Below, piece after piece: positions 39,526 to 49,068 of a DNA stretch of 64,000 nt. The translations under genes were made by a program, and so were the position numbers. The DNA is from Ignavibacteriota bacterium (lineage in GTDB: Bacteria; Bacteroidota; Ignavibacteria; UBA10030), in NCBI GenBank assembly GCA_963727825.1, contig CAVSHO010000009.1, positions 416,001 through 480,000 on the forward strand, in the 5' to 3' direction. Below the pieces are notes generated by a model. It did no database searches and was not told where the DNA came from. It saw only the letters and a list, made by a program, of their open reading frames with translations. Positions within the stretch are counted from its first letter, which is position 1, and every line of letters begins with the position of its first letter.

Positions 39526-42249
39526 CTACGCTTTACGCACAACAAAGTACGGTTGGTTCGTCAAGTCCGCCGTGAATCCCGGGTACAACCATGCTTTTTC
39601 CGGTCCTTCTTTTAGTTCAAAATAATATTGAAGAGGATACTGCGAGTTGGTATAATCCGCCGGTATAGACGCCCGATAACTCTTACCTATCAGATTCATT
39701 TCCACTGTTTCATATCGCTCGGCATGATTCACATGACGATAGTATAACCGTGCTGAAGCGATTGCATTCTCAACCGATAGTTCGAGATCAAGAGGTTCTC
39801 CTGCTTTAAATCGTTCCGGTTGGATATGGTGACAAACCGTAAAAGAATGTATGGGTCGTCCCATGGCTTCCTGTATAGCCAATCGCACATTGTCCTGTTG
39901 AGCAACGGTACTGATTTGAGTTTGCTCAATTTTTTTCGCCATAAAAGCTATATCCTCATCTATGGCAGGCAATCTATCGAGCCAATGTCCGCGTTGGATA
40001 TCCATTTCACCAACGGTAATATCAGGCTTGTAAACATCTCGGGCTCGGTTAGCAAGCTCAGCCCAATTATTCCGTGCTTTTTTATACATCTTCAAAGATA
40101 GTTCCAGTGCCGTGCGATCGCCGCTTTGTTCGAAGATTGCGTAGAGAACACCGGCCCGAAATTTGGCTCCAAAGAAGCGACCTAATCCCACTTGGATGGC
40201 CACATCAATAGCCATTCGGTGAAATTCAGGTCTTTGTTTGCCTGTCGCCTGGTTTTCTGCCAGTGCAAGATGTTTAACTGCCGCATCTGCATAGTCTTCT
40301 ATCCATTGCGCATATTCGATGGGCGAGTATTTGCCGCTACGTTCGCCCTTTAATAATTCTGTTGCAAAATCGTTGATCCGCATAAACAGTTGCGGATCCA
40401 TCGGGCTGACATTGCCGAAAACTTTGGGTGACGGGGTGTCAAAAAACGGATTTTTATTATTCGGATCTGCAATCGATAGGTTGGTGTACATCTCAGGCCA
40501 GTAGAGATTGTTCGCAGCCGAAACCCCGTGAGCAGTTAGCACAATTGGAAGTATGCGGGAAGCGTTTGCAAGAGCCAATTCAACAGCCTCTGCTCCGGCA
40601 CCGAATTTTTTATTCAGATATCGGCGCCATACATCCGGTTCTGTATTAGGATTGTAAGCCAGTCTCCCAAAAACTCTAAGACTGTAAAGATATTTTTCCC
40701 AATCCCACCGAGGTTTTAGGGATGAATCCAAATAACCACAACGATCTCCGGCAATACCGGATCCACGACGACCTTTGAACGATAGCGGTTCCATAAGTTC
40801 GACTCCTGCACTACCACAGAAACTGAACGCCCTTGAGTGTGCAGCACTCGTCACCGGATCGCCCCATAACAGAAGACGTTGCGTCCCTGGCCAGACTCGA
40901 TGCAACACTCCATAGCGCCGGTCTTCCTTGAAAAGATCGCCATAGCCGTAACGAATAAAACTTCGTGATCCCGCACTTAGCTTCATTAGTTCAGTAGTTG
41001 TTGTGTCCGGCTTCGGTATTTCGTATGCTCGAATGTCGGCCTGATGATATGGCATGCCGAGATGCTCAGCCCAGTACTTGGGAGAGATATTGACCGGCAA
41101 TCCGGTGGCAACGGCTACATCGATCAACGTTTGGTTCAAACCTTTCGCATGTAAATCAATCTCAACTTTGCGGCCACATGTAGCTACGCCATCAAATACT
41201 GTCTTCCAAAAATTGTAACTACCCTCATTCACGCCGCTCTCCCCGTGTGTGCGGAAGGTAACTCCGCTGATGGCGGGACAAACTTTTAAAAGTTGTCGAA
41301 TGGCGTCCCGGCAATATGGGCCATGGGTTTCGGGTGTTAGTCCCTCGATAGTATAATTCGGATTAGGACTATTGAGCCATTCATATCCATGCATCCAGAT
41401 TCCCAACTGAAATTGAATACCTCGAGCTATCGTTTGTTCGCTGATGAATTTCAACATTTCGAGATTTTTTTCACGTTCTGCATCAGGCAATTGCGGTACG
41501 CGTACGTTGTATCCCGGAACAGATAAAAAGAATGGATAAGCAAATAGGAAATAAGCATCAGTTACATTTTGGAGAAAATCGTAGCCAAGCCCCAAGCATA
41601 AATTGAAGCGATTAAATCGTTGGGTAGTCACCATAGTAAGATACTGTTTCCACATTTCACGGTCGTTGAACCAGGGTTTATCCTCGATATCGCTGACAAA
41701 GAGTCTTGTAATGCTGCGGATGGCATTAGCAGGTCGCTCAATAATAGGTTTTTGAATATTCAGTGACTTTAAAGGTTGATTTGAATATTTGACACGATCT
41801 GCAAGTTCAAGCAGTGCATAAATTAGCCCCCGCACGTCATATCCACAAGCCAGCAAGACTTGTCTGTCATCTGATTTAGCCGGTACTAAACCAAGGGCTT
41901 CAGATGCAACCGGGATATTTATCTTCACATCTTTTAGTAATTGACGGGCCATGGAAGAATTTGAGCCTGCCACGACAATGATTAAATCACCGCTTCTGGC
42001 CTGAGCAAGTAGATCGCATCTATAGACGTTTATTCCACCGAACGTCAGGGATTCCTCTAATTCCTTCACAGCCCACTGTGACGGCAGCGACATTGCTATA
42101 ATGTCAGCGGGATCTATAACAATAGAAACTCCTTTTGTTTTGAATTTAAAGTAGCCTAAGGAGGATATCCCAAGAGCGGAAATTCCAGCTACTTTCACAA
42201 AGCGCCGCCGGCTAATGCCTTTGAGTTCCTTTGAAGACTTTTGATTCAC
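39526..42249 (-). CDS. Large Tat-exported hypothetical protein, probable unclassified glycoside hydrolase
   Basis: 907 aa; ISRRRFVK; GYDVRGLIYALLEL (GH20/GH67/GH115-type N-domain); TIM-barrel-like core (FRTHGESG, KYWAEH); helical and Ig-like tail. Confidence 0.7.
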   Translation of the reverse strand: MNQKSSKELKGISRRRFVKVAGISALGISSLGYFKFKTKGVSIVIDPADIIAMSLPSQWAVKELEESLTFGGINVYRCDLLAQARSGDLIIVVAGSNSSMARQLLKDVKINIPVASEALGLVPAKSDDRQVLLACGYDVRGLIYALLELADRVKYSNQPLKSLNIQKPIIERPANAIRSITRLFVSDIEDKPWFNDREMWKQYLTMVTTQRFNRFNLCLGLGYDFLQNVTDAYFLFAYPFFLSVPGYNVRVPQLPDAEREKNLEMLKFISEQTIARGIQFQLGIWMHGYEWLNSPNPNYTIEGLTPETHGPYCRDAIRQLLKVCPAISGVTFRTHGESGVNEGSYNFWKTVFDGVATCGRKVEIDLHAKGLNQTLIDVAVATGLPVNISPKYWAEHLGMPYHQADIRAYEIPKPDTTTTELMKLSAGSRSFIRYGYGDLFKEDRRYGVLHRVWPGTQRLLLWGDPVTSAAHSRAFSFCGSAGVELMEPLSFKGRRGSGIAGDRCGYLDSSLKPRWDWEKYLYSLRVFGRLAYNPNTEPDVWRRYLNKKFGAGAEAVELALANASRILPIVLTAHGVSAANNLYWPEMYTNLSIADPNNKNPFFDTPSPKVFGNVSPMDPQLFMRINDFATELLKGERSGKYSPIEYAQWIEDYADAAVKHLALAENQATGKQRPEFHRMAIDVAIQVGLGRFFGAKFRAGVLYAIFEQSGDRTALELSLKMYKKARNNWAELANRARDVYKPDITVGEMDIQRGHWLDRLPAIDEDIAFMAKKIEQTQISTVAQQDNVRLAIQEAMGRPIHSFTVCHHIQPERFKAGEPLDLELSVENAIASARLYYRHVNHAERYETVEMNLIGKSYRASIPADYTNSQYPLQYYFELKEGPEKAWLYPGFTADLTNQPYFVVRKA

Positions 42250-42636
42250 ATCATATCCCCCTTAAATCAATTCCTATCGTATAAGCGGACGAGGAGGCAT
42301 AATATACTGTTGGAGTAATTTATATTTCTTTATTATAAATTCAAACTGAAGTAATTCCAAAGTTGGAGGCGATATTTCGTCGATATTTCTGACGTTGTTA
42401 GATTTTTTGCTTAAATGTCGACCAGCGGGCAAGAAATTATTGGAAAGTTGAGGAAAGCATATTATCCCAATTCTATGGTAAAAAATCTTAATCAATTCGG
42501 TTGTGACTAGAGAAAACAATGTTCTTCTACTACAAAGTCCAAAGAAAAATCCAAATCGGTAAAGTTTGGTTGAGATTTTTTAATTTATAGGCAGAACTTT
42601 GATGTGTTTTTTTGTTTTTGATGCCGGCGCGCTCAT

Positions 42637-42663
42637 CCGGTCGACTTGAACACCAAGTTAGGC
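42637..42663 (-). other. attC-like left half-site (R''-L'')
   Basis: Minus strand GCCTAAC-TTGGT-GTTCAAGT-CGACCGG, matching the classical RYYYAAC-N5-RTTCAAGC-CGAC pattern; no clear partner half. Confidence 0.6.
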
Positions 42664-42824
42664 AATGTATTTATATAGTAGCAGTTCCCCCCAATAGCTA
42701 CAGGAAAACTCATTAATGTTATGATCACAAAAAGATATCCGCATTACATTGTGCTTACCATATTGATTGTCAGGATTTCTAAACGACCACATAGATCTTT
42801 GTGTTCCCTAAAATCGGATTTCCA

Positions 42825-43223
42825 TCATGGTTGACTCGCTCGATCATTCATATGTTCGATTGCGATTTTAAGAAGCTCCTTATAAGAAAATGGTTTTACA
42901 ACATACGAATCAGCACCAAGTTCCATAGCCATATCTATATCCGGTTTATAAGCTTTCCCCGATATAATAATAATTGCAGTGTGTCGTATACTTGAATTAG
43001 CACGAAGCATCTTGCAAACTTCAAATCCGTGAAGTCCTTCCATTATAATGTCGAGAATGATGACATTAGGAGGATTCATCAATGCCATGTGGACTCCCTC
43101 GCTGCCTTCGCTGGCAAGTGCAACATCGAAACCCTCGCGCTCGAAAACAACCTGTAAAAAACGTCGAAGCGTTGGATCGTTATCAATAATCAATACTTTA
43201 GGTTTTTGTTCAGCCGTGTCCAT
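42825..43223 (-). CDS. Single-domain response regulator receiver
   Basis: KVLIIDND, IILDIIM, IIISG, VKPF. Confidence 0.92.
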   Translation of the reverse strand: MDTAEQKPKVLIIDNDPTLRRFLQVVFEREGFDVALASEGSEGVHMALMNPPNVIILDIIMEGLHGFEVCKMLRANSSIRHTAIIIISGKAYKPDIDMAMELGADSYVVKPFSYKELLKIAIEHMNDRASQP

Positions 43224-43334
43224 GAACTAATTTTTCTGCTCTTGTTTGAAATAAATTTTATTATACTATTTAGATTCTCTTATGATACTGCCTTAATCTT
43301 AAACAGCGACCAGCAGTGCTAAGATATTCTATTC

Positions 43335-45437
43335 TTACCTTAATTGCATTAACAAATACGAATATGCAAGTGCATTTTCAAATGCTTTCTGCTTATTCGT
43401 AACTCCGGCAGAATGACCTCCCTCGGTATTTTCATAATAATAAAATGGAATTTTCATTGACTCAAGTTTTGCGGCCATTTTTCTTGCATGACCAGGATGT
43501 ACACGATCATCGCGAGTTGAAGTCATTAATAATATCTTTGGATATTTTTTATCAACTGATATATTTTGATATGGCGAGTATTTTCCGATATATGCCCACT
43601 CATCGGGAATATCAGGATTACCATACTCAGCCATCCAACTTGCACCGGCTAATAATTTATTGTAGCGTTTCATATCAAGTAAAGGCACCTGACAGACTAC
43701 CGCGCCGTAAAGATCCGGCCTTTGAGTGTAAACAGAACCAACAAGTAGTCCACCATTACTCCCCCCTTGGATACCGAGATGTTTTGTGGACGTAATCTTT
43801 CTTGCGATCAAATCCTCAGATACAGCAATCATATCTTCGTTTACTTTCTGCCGATTCTCTTTAATGGCTGATAGATGCCATTTGGGCCCAAACTCGCCGC
43901 CTCCACGCAGGTTAGCATAGGCATAAACTCCACCTCTTTCTAACCAAGCGGTACCGAGAATACCTGAATAAGATGGCAATAAAGAAATCTCAAATCCCCC
44001 ATAAGAATAAAGTAAGGTGGGATTAGATCCGTCAAGTTTGACCTCCTTCTTGTGGACAAGAAAATAGGGAATATGTGTTCCATCCTTGGAAATAGCCTCA
44101 AACTGCTGGACTTCATATTTGCTACCGTCAAAGAATTCTGGTAAGCTTTTTACTTTCTGAATTTTATTATCATCCGAAGCAAAATAAAGACTCGTTGGCA
44201 CAAGAAAACCTGTATACGTAAAGAAATATTGATCCGATAATTCGTCAGTTGATGATATATTAATCGTGCCATAATCGGGAATTTCGACTTTATTGCCAAT
44301 CCATTTCCCATCTTTCAAATTATATTTATATAATTCACTGCAAACATTATTCAACTGATTTACAAGCAGATAGTTTTTCGTGTTTGAGACTGAGATAATA
44401 CTTGTGCGTTCTCCTGGTTTCCATATTATATCAAAATTCCGGTCCACTTTTAAAAATTTATCATAATCAATGCTAATAAGAGCACCTTGCGGATAAATTT
44501 TACCGCCAACATTCCATTCAGTTTTAAGTTCCAGCAACATTTGATTTTTAAAGATTCCATCAAATTGGGCATCGTCTTGAATATCAAGCTTAATCAGTTT
44601 ATCGTTTTCGATCGCGTAAACATACGCAGTATAAAATGTTATTCCTCTTTGCACAAAATCATAATTTCTTTCTGGAGTATAAATTGTATATGCAGAGACG
44701 GATACATCTTTGACTTCTCCTTCGAATATTGTCTTGGCTTCGCTCAAAGGAGTTCCCCTGTTCCATATTTTTGCAATTCTTGGATATCCTGATTCTGTAA
44801 GAGAACCTTCTCCATAGTTAGTCATAACAAACAATGTATTTTGATCTTTCCATGAGGTTTCACTTTTTGCTTCAGGAAGGGAAAAACCGTCTTTAACAAA
44901 TTGTTTAGCGGTAAGATCGAATTCACGTTTTATATCTGCATCACCACCGCCGCGAGATAGTGAAACTATACAACGATCAAAATTAGGATATAAAAAACTG
45001 GCTCCGTGAAAAACCCACTTCTCATTTTCCGATTTCGAAAGTGTGTCTATATCAAGTATCACTTCCCAATTGGGAGATTCTTTAAAATACTCATTTAATG
45101 TCGTTCTACGCCAAATCCCGCGTTCGTTTTTCTCATCCTGCCAGAAATTATAAATGTAATTACCCCGGATACTGGGCGAGGCGATCCGATCTTTAGAATT
45201 ATATATCTCTAAATTCCTTTTATTAATTTCTTGAAACACAGGATACTTCTCTAATATTGCAAGTGTTGTAATGTTCTGTGCTTTTACCCAATCAAGAGCC
45301 TTGGTACCATCAATCTCTTCAAGCCAAAGATATGGGTCATTTATTTCTTGTGCGTTTATACTTTTAGACATACAAAAAAGAATTATGAATGTAGTAAATA
45401 TAAAAAGTCGATTTTTCATATTTGTAAATCCTTTCAT
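43335..45437 (-). CDS. Prolyl oligopeptidase (peptidase S9A)
   Basis: DPYLWLE, YGGF, RGGGEFG, GGSNGG, DDRVHPGHA, GGH. Confidence 0.95.
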   Translation of the reverse strand: MKGFTNMKNRLFIFTTFIILFCMSKSINAQEINDPYLWLEEIDGTKALDWVKAQNITTLAILEKYPVFQEINKRNLEIYNSKDRIASPSIRGNYIYNFWQDEKNERGIWRRTTLNEYFKESPNWEVILDIDTLSKSENEKWVFHGASFLYPNFDRCIVSLSRGGGDADIKREFDLTAKQFVKDGFSLPEAKSETSWKDQNTLFVMTNYGEGSLTESGYPRIAKIWNRGTPLSEAKTIFEGEVKDVSVSAYTIYTPERNYDFVQRGITFYTAYVYAIENDKLIKLDIQDDAQFDGIFKNQMLLELKTEWNVGGKIYPQGALISIDYDKFLKVDRNFDIIWKPGERTSIISVSNTKNYLLVNQLNNVCSELYKYNLKDGKWIGNKVEIPDYGTINISSTDELSDQYFFTYTGFLVPTSLYFASDDNKIQKVKSLPEFFDGSKYEVQQFEAISKDGTHIPYFLVHKKEVKLDGSNPTLLYSYGGFEISLLPSYSGILGTAWLERGGVYAYANLRGGGEFGPKWHLSAIKENRQKVNEDMIAVSEDLIARKITSTKHLGIQGGSNGGLLVGSVYTQRPDLYGAVVCQVPLLDMKRYNKLLAGASWMAEYGNPDIPDEWAYIGKYSPYQNISVDKKYPKILLMTSTRDDRVHPGHARKMAAKLESMKIPFYYYENTEGGHSAGVTNKQKAFENALAYSYLLMQLR

Positions 45438-45736
45438 TGAGGGGATTACTTGATCCTTCTATCTTTTGACCATTGAGAGATGGGCCACCATTGCATTTTC
45501 TTCAGGACTAATTCTCTGTTGCGCATTGCTGTAAACGGCATTTACTGCATAGGAGCAGTGTTACATCGAAAGATCGTAAAGAGCATTCTGCATGTTGTCC
45601 AAATGGTCTTTCTCAAAAAAGCAGGAGAATCATTTTTCCATTTATTAGTGTATACCATCTGCATATAGGATTAAGCTAATGATTTAAGTGATTGATTTCG
45701 TTCCATCGGCTTGTCCCAAATGAATCTCTTCAGGAA

Positions 45737-45754
45737 GCAGCCTGGTTAGGCTGC
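45737..45754 (-). other. attC-like R'' box within a small hairpin, just after the DUF3592 stop
   Basis: Minus strand GCAGCCTAACCAGGCTGC; GCCTAAC lies about 10 nt after the stop codon. Confidence 0.4.
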
Positions 45755-45761
45755 CCTTGAT

Positions 45762-46166
45762 TCAAGTTTCCACATCTTCATCACGTCCAAAGATTTTTGG
45801 ATATAGAGGATAAAGGAACCAGGATATAGATAGGAAAATCAGGATGACTGGATAAATCCAATTATTGTTGCTCCATTGTGCTTTGGCTGGAGATAACGGA
45901 TCATATAGAACAGAAACCGTCCTTCCCATAGTCATTCCACCATGTTTTGGAATACGCTCATTGATTTGAAACGTTTGACCTTCAACATTATACTGAATAG
46001 TGAAGTAATGATCGCCAATTGCCACTACTTGTCCCTGTGTTTCGTCCGCCATTATGGCAAAGCTCAAATAATCCCATAGAAGGTATATACCAAGAACAAA
46101 TCCAATAGTTGACGTAATAATTATAAACGCAGATTTTGGGTCACGTAGACTTTGGAGGATGTTCAT
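45762..46166 (-). CDS. DUF3592-like membrane protein
   Basis: TM helix, TQGQVV...IQYNVEGQTF...GRTVSVLYDPLSPAKA, TM helix. Start at MNILQ behind GAGGA. Confidence 0.75.
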   Translation of the reverse strand: MNILQSLRDPKSAFIIITSTIGFVLGIYLLWDYLSFAIMADETQGQVVAIGDHYFTIQYNVEGQTFQINERIPKHGGMTMGRTVSVLYDPLSPAKAQWSNNNWIYPVILIFLSISWFLYPLYPKIFGRDEDVET

Positions 46167-46233
46167 TTGAATCCTCGTATTATGATAAACGAGATTACAT
46201 TTGATCGTGAAGTTGCTCAACACCACCATGCCA

Positions 46234-46399
46234 ATATAACGTGGTTGCGTTGCCGCATCGATAACTTTTGGCATAGCCACGGCTTCGCCGCAAAATGCAC
46301 AACACGGCCTAAGCCAATTGAACACTCGCATCTGGAGAATTTTATTTACTTGTCCGAAGGACCCCTTCGGGGGCTCTTCCTTACTTACAATGGTTAGGC
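46234..46399 (-). other. Hybrid/degenerate attC-like region between two cassette-like genes
   Basis: GCCTAAC about 16 nt after the lipoprotein stop and GCGGCAACGCAACCAC-GTTATAT ahead of the DUF3592 gene; the halves are not complementary. Confidence 0.45.
46351..46373. repeat. Short GC-rich palindrome (REP-like)
   Basis: TGTCCGAAGGACCCCTTCGGGGG; perfect CCGAAGG-ACC-CCTTCGG hairpin in AT-rich context. Confidence 0.55.
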
Positions 46400-46415
46400 G
46401 CCACCTATGAACTTT

Positions 46416-46859
46416 TTATTTGTTTTGGGCTTCTTTCTTGTTATACGCAACGATAACATCACGCGATTTGACAACGGCTATTTGAACTTTGTCAATTGCA
46501 TTCTTGAGCAAGTCAATATTGGCTTCCAACTTCTTCGCCATCTCATCAGAGTCATTCAGAAGCTTAGGCTGCATTCCTTCATCTTCGCTTGCTTTGAATG
46601 CTGCCGTAATCAGTCCTTGGATAGCATGTACATCACTTGCCATACCCATAGCAATTGGGTCCCGACGGTTAGCGATTACTTCGATCTGCCAGGCTACCTT
46701 GCTTAATTCGACCATTTGCGAATAGTATTGTTGTTGCATTTGGAATAATTCCAGCTGTAATGCCCCAACCTTTTTGATCTGTTCATTCGACTTACCACAG
46801 CCTGATAGTGTAAAGGCCACTACCAAACAGATTATTGAAAAAGTAATAGCTGGTTTCAT
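46416..46859 (-). CDS. Hypothetical helical lipoprotein
   Basis: LSGC lipobox, GGAGA RBS, coiled-coil-like body. Confidence 0.75.
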   Translation of the reverse strand: MKPAITFSIICLVVAFTLSGCGKSNEQIKKVGALQLELFQMQQQYYSQMVELSKVAWQIEVIANRRDPIAMGMASDVHAIQGLITAAFKASEDEGMQPKLLNDSDEMAKKLEANIDLLKNAIDKVQIAVVKSRDVIVAYNKKEAQNK

Positions 46860-47071
46860 GGCGTCTCCATTAAATTATTGAATGATATGATGAATTTGTA
46901 AACCAATTATTTATTGTAGTACTTAACGTAATCAAGCTCATTCTGTAGATATGAGTTACAGATGAGGGCGTTGGATCAAAAAATGATAGCAGCGATAAAA
47001 CGAATTGCCTATCAGAAGATGATCCATTTCAAACTTAGTAAAAAGAATAATATGAATCAAAAGAGACAAAT

Positions 47072-47100
47072 AAAAACGCCCGATCAGGAGACCGGGCGTT
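47072..47100 (-). terminator. Intrinsic terminator of the receptor/T9SS-protein unit
   Basis: AACGCCCGGTC / GATCGGGCGTT stem followed by TTT on the minus strand. Confidence 0.75.
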
Positions 47101-47171
47101 AACAGTTCATGGTTTATAAATTCGGAATTATTATCCTTAAATACACGGGAATAATACAAACCATTGGTAAC

Positions 47172-48851
47172 TTATTTCATCAGAATCATTTTCTTCGTGG
47201 CTGTAAACGACCCTGATTGCATTTTGCAAAAATAAATTCCGCTGCCTACATTTATTGCATTCCAAGTTGCAGAATATGAACCTGCTTGTTTTACTCCGTT
47301 CACCAAGGTCGCAACTTCTCGTCCCAAAATATCATAAATTTTAATCGATACAAAGCCAGCTTTACTTATATCATACGTAAAGTTGGTAGTCGGATTAAAT
47401 GGATTGGGATAATTTTGAAGTAGTCGATATTCCGAAGGTATTACTTGGGAATGAGATTGCACACTTGTTGCTATGGGTATTCCCCACCACATAAGTGAAC
47501 CAACCGGTTGACCACCAGTTGCTGCGGTATAGATCGATGCAGTTATTGGATATTTGCAATCAAGTGTATCTGTCAGGTAAACGTAACCCCTACGATCCAT
47601 ATCAGGGGCTGCTGTGTTATTCACTTTGGTTTTATTAGCACCGGACGGAGACCTGTAATAAGCCATCGTGCCAGTCATCAACGCAGGTATGTTGTTCACA
47701 TCAGCCGTTGTTGCCTGGAAGGCAGTAAGGGAATCTGTGCCTATTTTTTTACTAATGTGCCAAGGTAATGGAGATGGCAATTTAAGGACTGGATTTGCGC
47801 CTGCGTTAGTCCACCAAGTTTGTTCGGATGTTGTAATGCGATAATAATTATTCTTTATTGTCCAAGTTGTTGGCACTGTTGCGATTGCTGAGTCTGGGAA
47901 AGCATTAACTATTGTCATTCTTGCTAGTCCATTCAATGGATTATTCTCACCATTGTCTCCCATTTCGGCTTGACGTACAGCATCCGTATCATCTCCATAT
48001 GCCCAAGGATTAACAAATAAATTATTCGTAATGCTAAATTTCCCTGACGTGTGACCAAAAGACAACATTCCATGGAATGCTGCTGAATTGACGCAGGTAT
48101 TATGATCGAACTTCATGAATTTTATATTTGCAGTGCTGCTATAGTGACGAATAATACGATCTTGATTGTTTATAAACGTATTGTTCTGAAGAATCAACGA
48201 GTCAACCGATCCATTGCGGCAATCAACTGCTCTTCCGTTGCCGAGATCAGAATATAAGCGAGACCCCATATTTGCAAAAATTGAGTTTGTTATTTGCACA
48301 ACTCGTGGAGCACTGTTTAGACGAAGGATACCTTGACCGCAATTTGTTATAATACAACTATCGATTGTGATGTTAAATCCAGGAGCAGTATTGAGAAGTA
48401 TTTCTTCAAATAATGTACCAAGCATTGTCGAACCTACTGTTTCATCATATCCACTAATTTCTAGATTCGACAACCAAACATTTCCTGCTATTTGGACTAA
48501 ATCTGAGACCTGAGTACCCGAGGAGCCCAATTTTAAGAAAATTGCAGCCGGATATCCGGATTTACCCTTGACAAAAGTACCATAAGACGATCTCATTCTT
48601 AATGTCCAGCCAACATTGTTAATATATGAATTTGCATAATATGCAGCATCTCGAGCCAGTACGTATGTTGTGGCGTCGGCAGTGCCGCGGCCTACTGAGT
48701 CAGCGGCTATGTATTCGTTCAAATATTTGCCCGACGCCGCGTATGTGGGCACATTGACAATACGGGCTGTTTGTGCATCAGCAATATAACTGAGGGCCGG
48801 CAATAAACAAATAATTGCAAAGACAATAAAACCATAGAATAATTGTTTCAT
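47172..48851 (-). CDS. T9SS type-A sorting-domain protein with right-handed beta-helix domain
   Basis: GGAGG RBS, signal peptide MKQLFYG; stacked ITNSIFAN/LQNNTFIN/FDHNTCVN/ITNNLFVN repeats; C-terminal LLQNYPNPFNPTT...KKMILMK. Confidence 0.88.
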   Translation of the reverse strand: MKQLFYGFIVFAIICLLPALSYIADAQTARIVNVPTYAASGKYLNEYIAADSVGRGTADATTYVLARDAAYYANSYINNVGWTLRMRSSYGTFVKGKSGYPAAIFLKLGSSGTQVSDLVQIAGNVWLSNLEISGYDETVGSTMLGTLFEEILLNTAPGFNITIDSCIITNCGQGILRLNSAPRVVQITNSIFANMGSRLYSDLGNGRAVDCRNGSVDSLILQNNTFINNQDRIIRHYSSTANIKFMKFDHNTCVNSAAFHGMLSFGHTSGKFSITNNLFVNPWAYGDDTDAVRQAEMGDNGENNPLNGLARMTIVNAFPDSAIATVPTTWTIKNNYYRITTSEQTWWTNAGANPVLKLPSPLPWHISKKIGTDSLTAFQATTADVNNIPALMTGTMAYYRSPSGANKTKVNNTAAPDMDRRGYVYLTDTLDCKYPITASIYTAATGGQPVGSLMWWGIPIATSVQSHSQVIPSEYRLLQNYPNPFNPTTNFTYDISKAGFVSIKIYDILGREVATLVNGVKQAGSYSATWNAINVGSGIYFCKMQSGSFTATKKMILMK

Positions 48852-49068
48852 TGTTACATCCTCCTGATATTGATTGATTAATGAATAATTTATTAAGTTA
48901 CTTGCACTCCTAAATCTGCCGTCAAACCAAATTTTTCCCCTCCTATAATTCTTTTCTCTGTAGAACAGAACCATAGAATAATTATTCCATTGTAAAATCC
49001 TCCAGTTAATTATTTATGAATGAATTAGAAAGTTACCTGCACTCCTAAATCTGCCGTTAAACCATAGT
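48830..49068 (-). repeat. Diverged tandem duplication (about 135-139 bp period) of the receptor 3' end plus T9SS-gene start
   Basis: GCACTCCTAAATCTGCCG at 48904 and 49039; GGAGGATTTTACAATGGAATAATTATTCTATGG versus GGAGGATGTAACAATGAAACAATTATTCTATGG. Confidence 0.85.

Noticed and set aside
42396-42425. Possible right half (GGTCGACATTTAAGC) for the attC-like site at 42663
   Set aside because: About 250 bp away, lacks a GTTRRRY box, and the match rests mostly on the self-complementary GTCGAC.
45450-45735. Stop-interrupted minus-strand frame that may be a decayed gene
   Set aside because: No family recognisable by eye; needs blastx.
46167-46331. Cys-rich N-terminal extension (CCAFC) of the 189-aa ORF
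   Set aside because: It runs through the attC-like non-coding region; the RBS supports a start at 46166.
46919-46940. GTTAAGT core-like box upstream of the lipoprotein gene
   Set aside because: Spacing to any L' box is wrong, and a 7-mer is expected by chance.
48852-48974. 41-aa N-terminal extension of the T9SS protein
   Set aside because: Translation of the duplication scar; the RBS and signal peptide begin at 48851.
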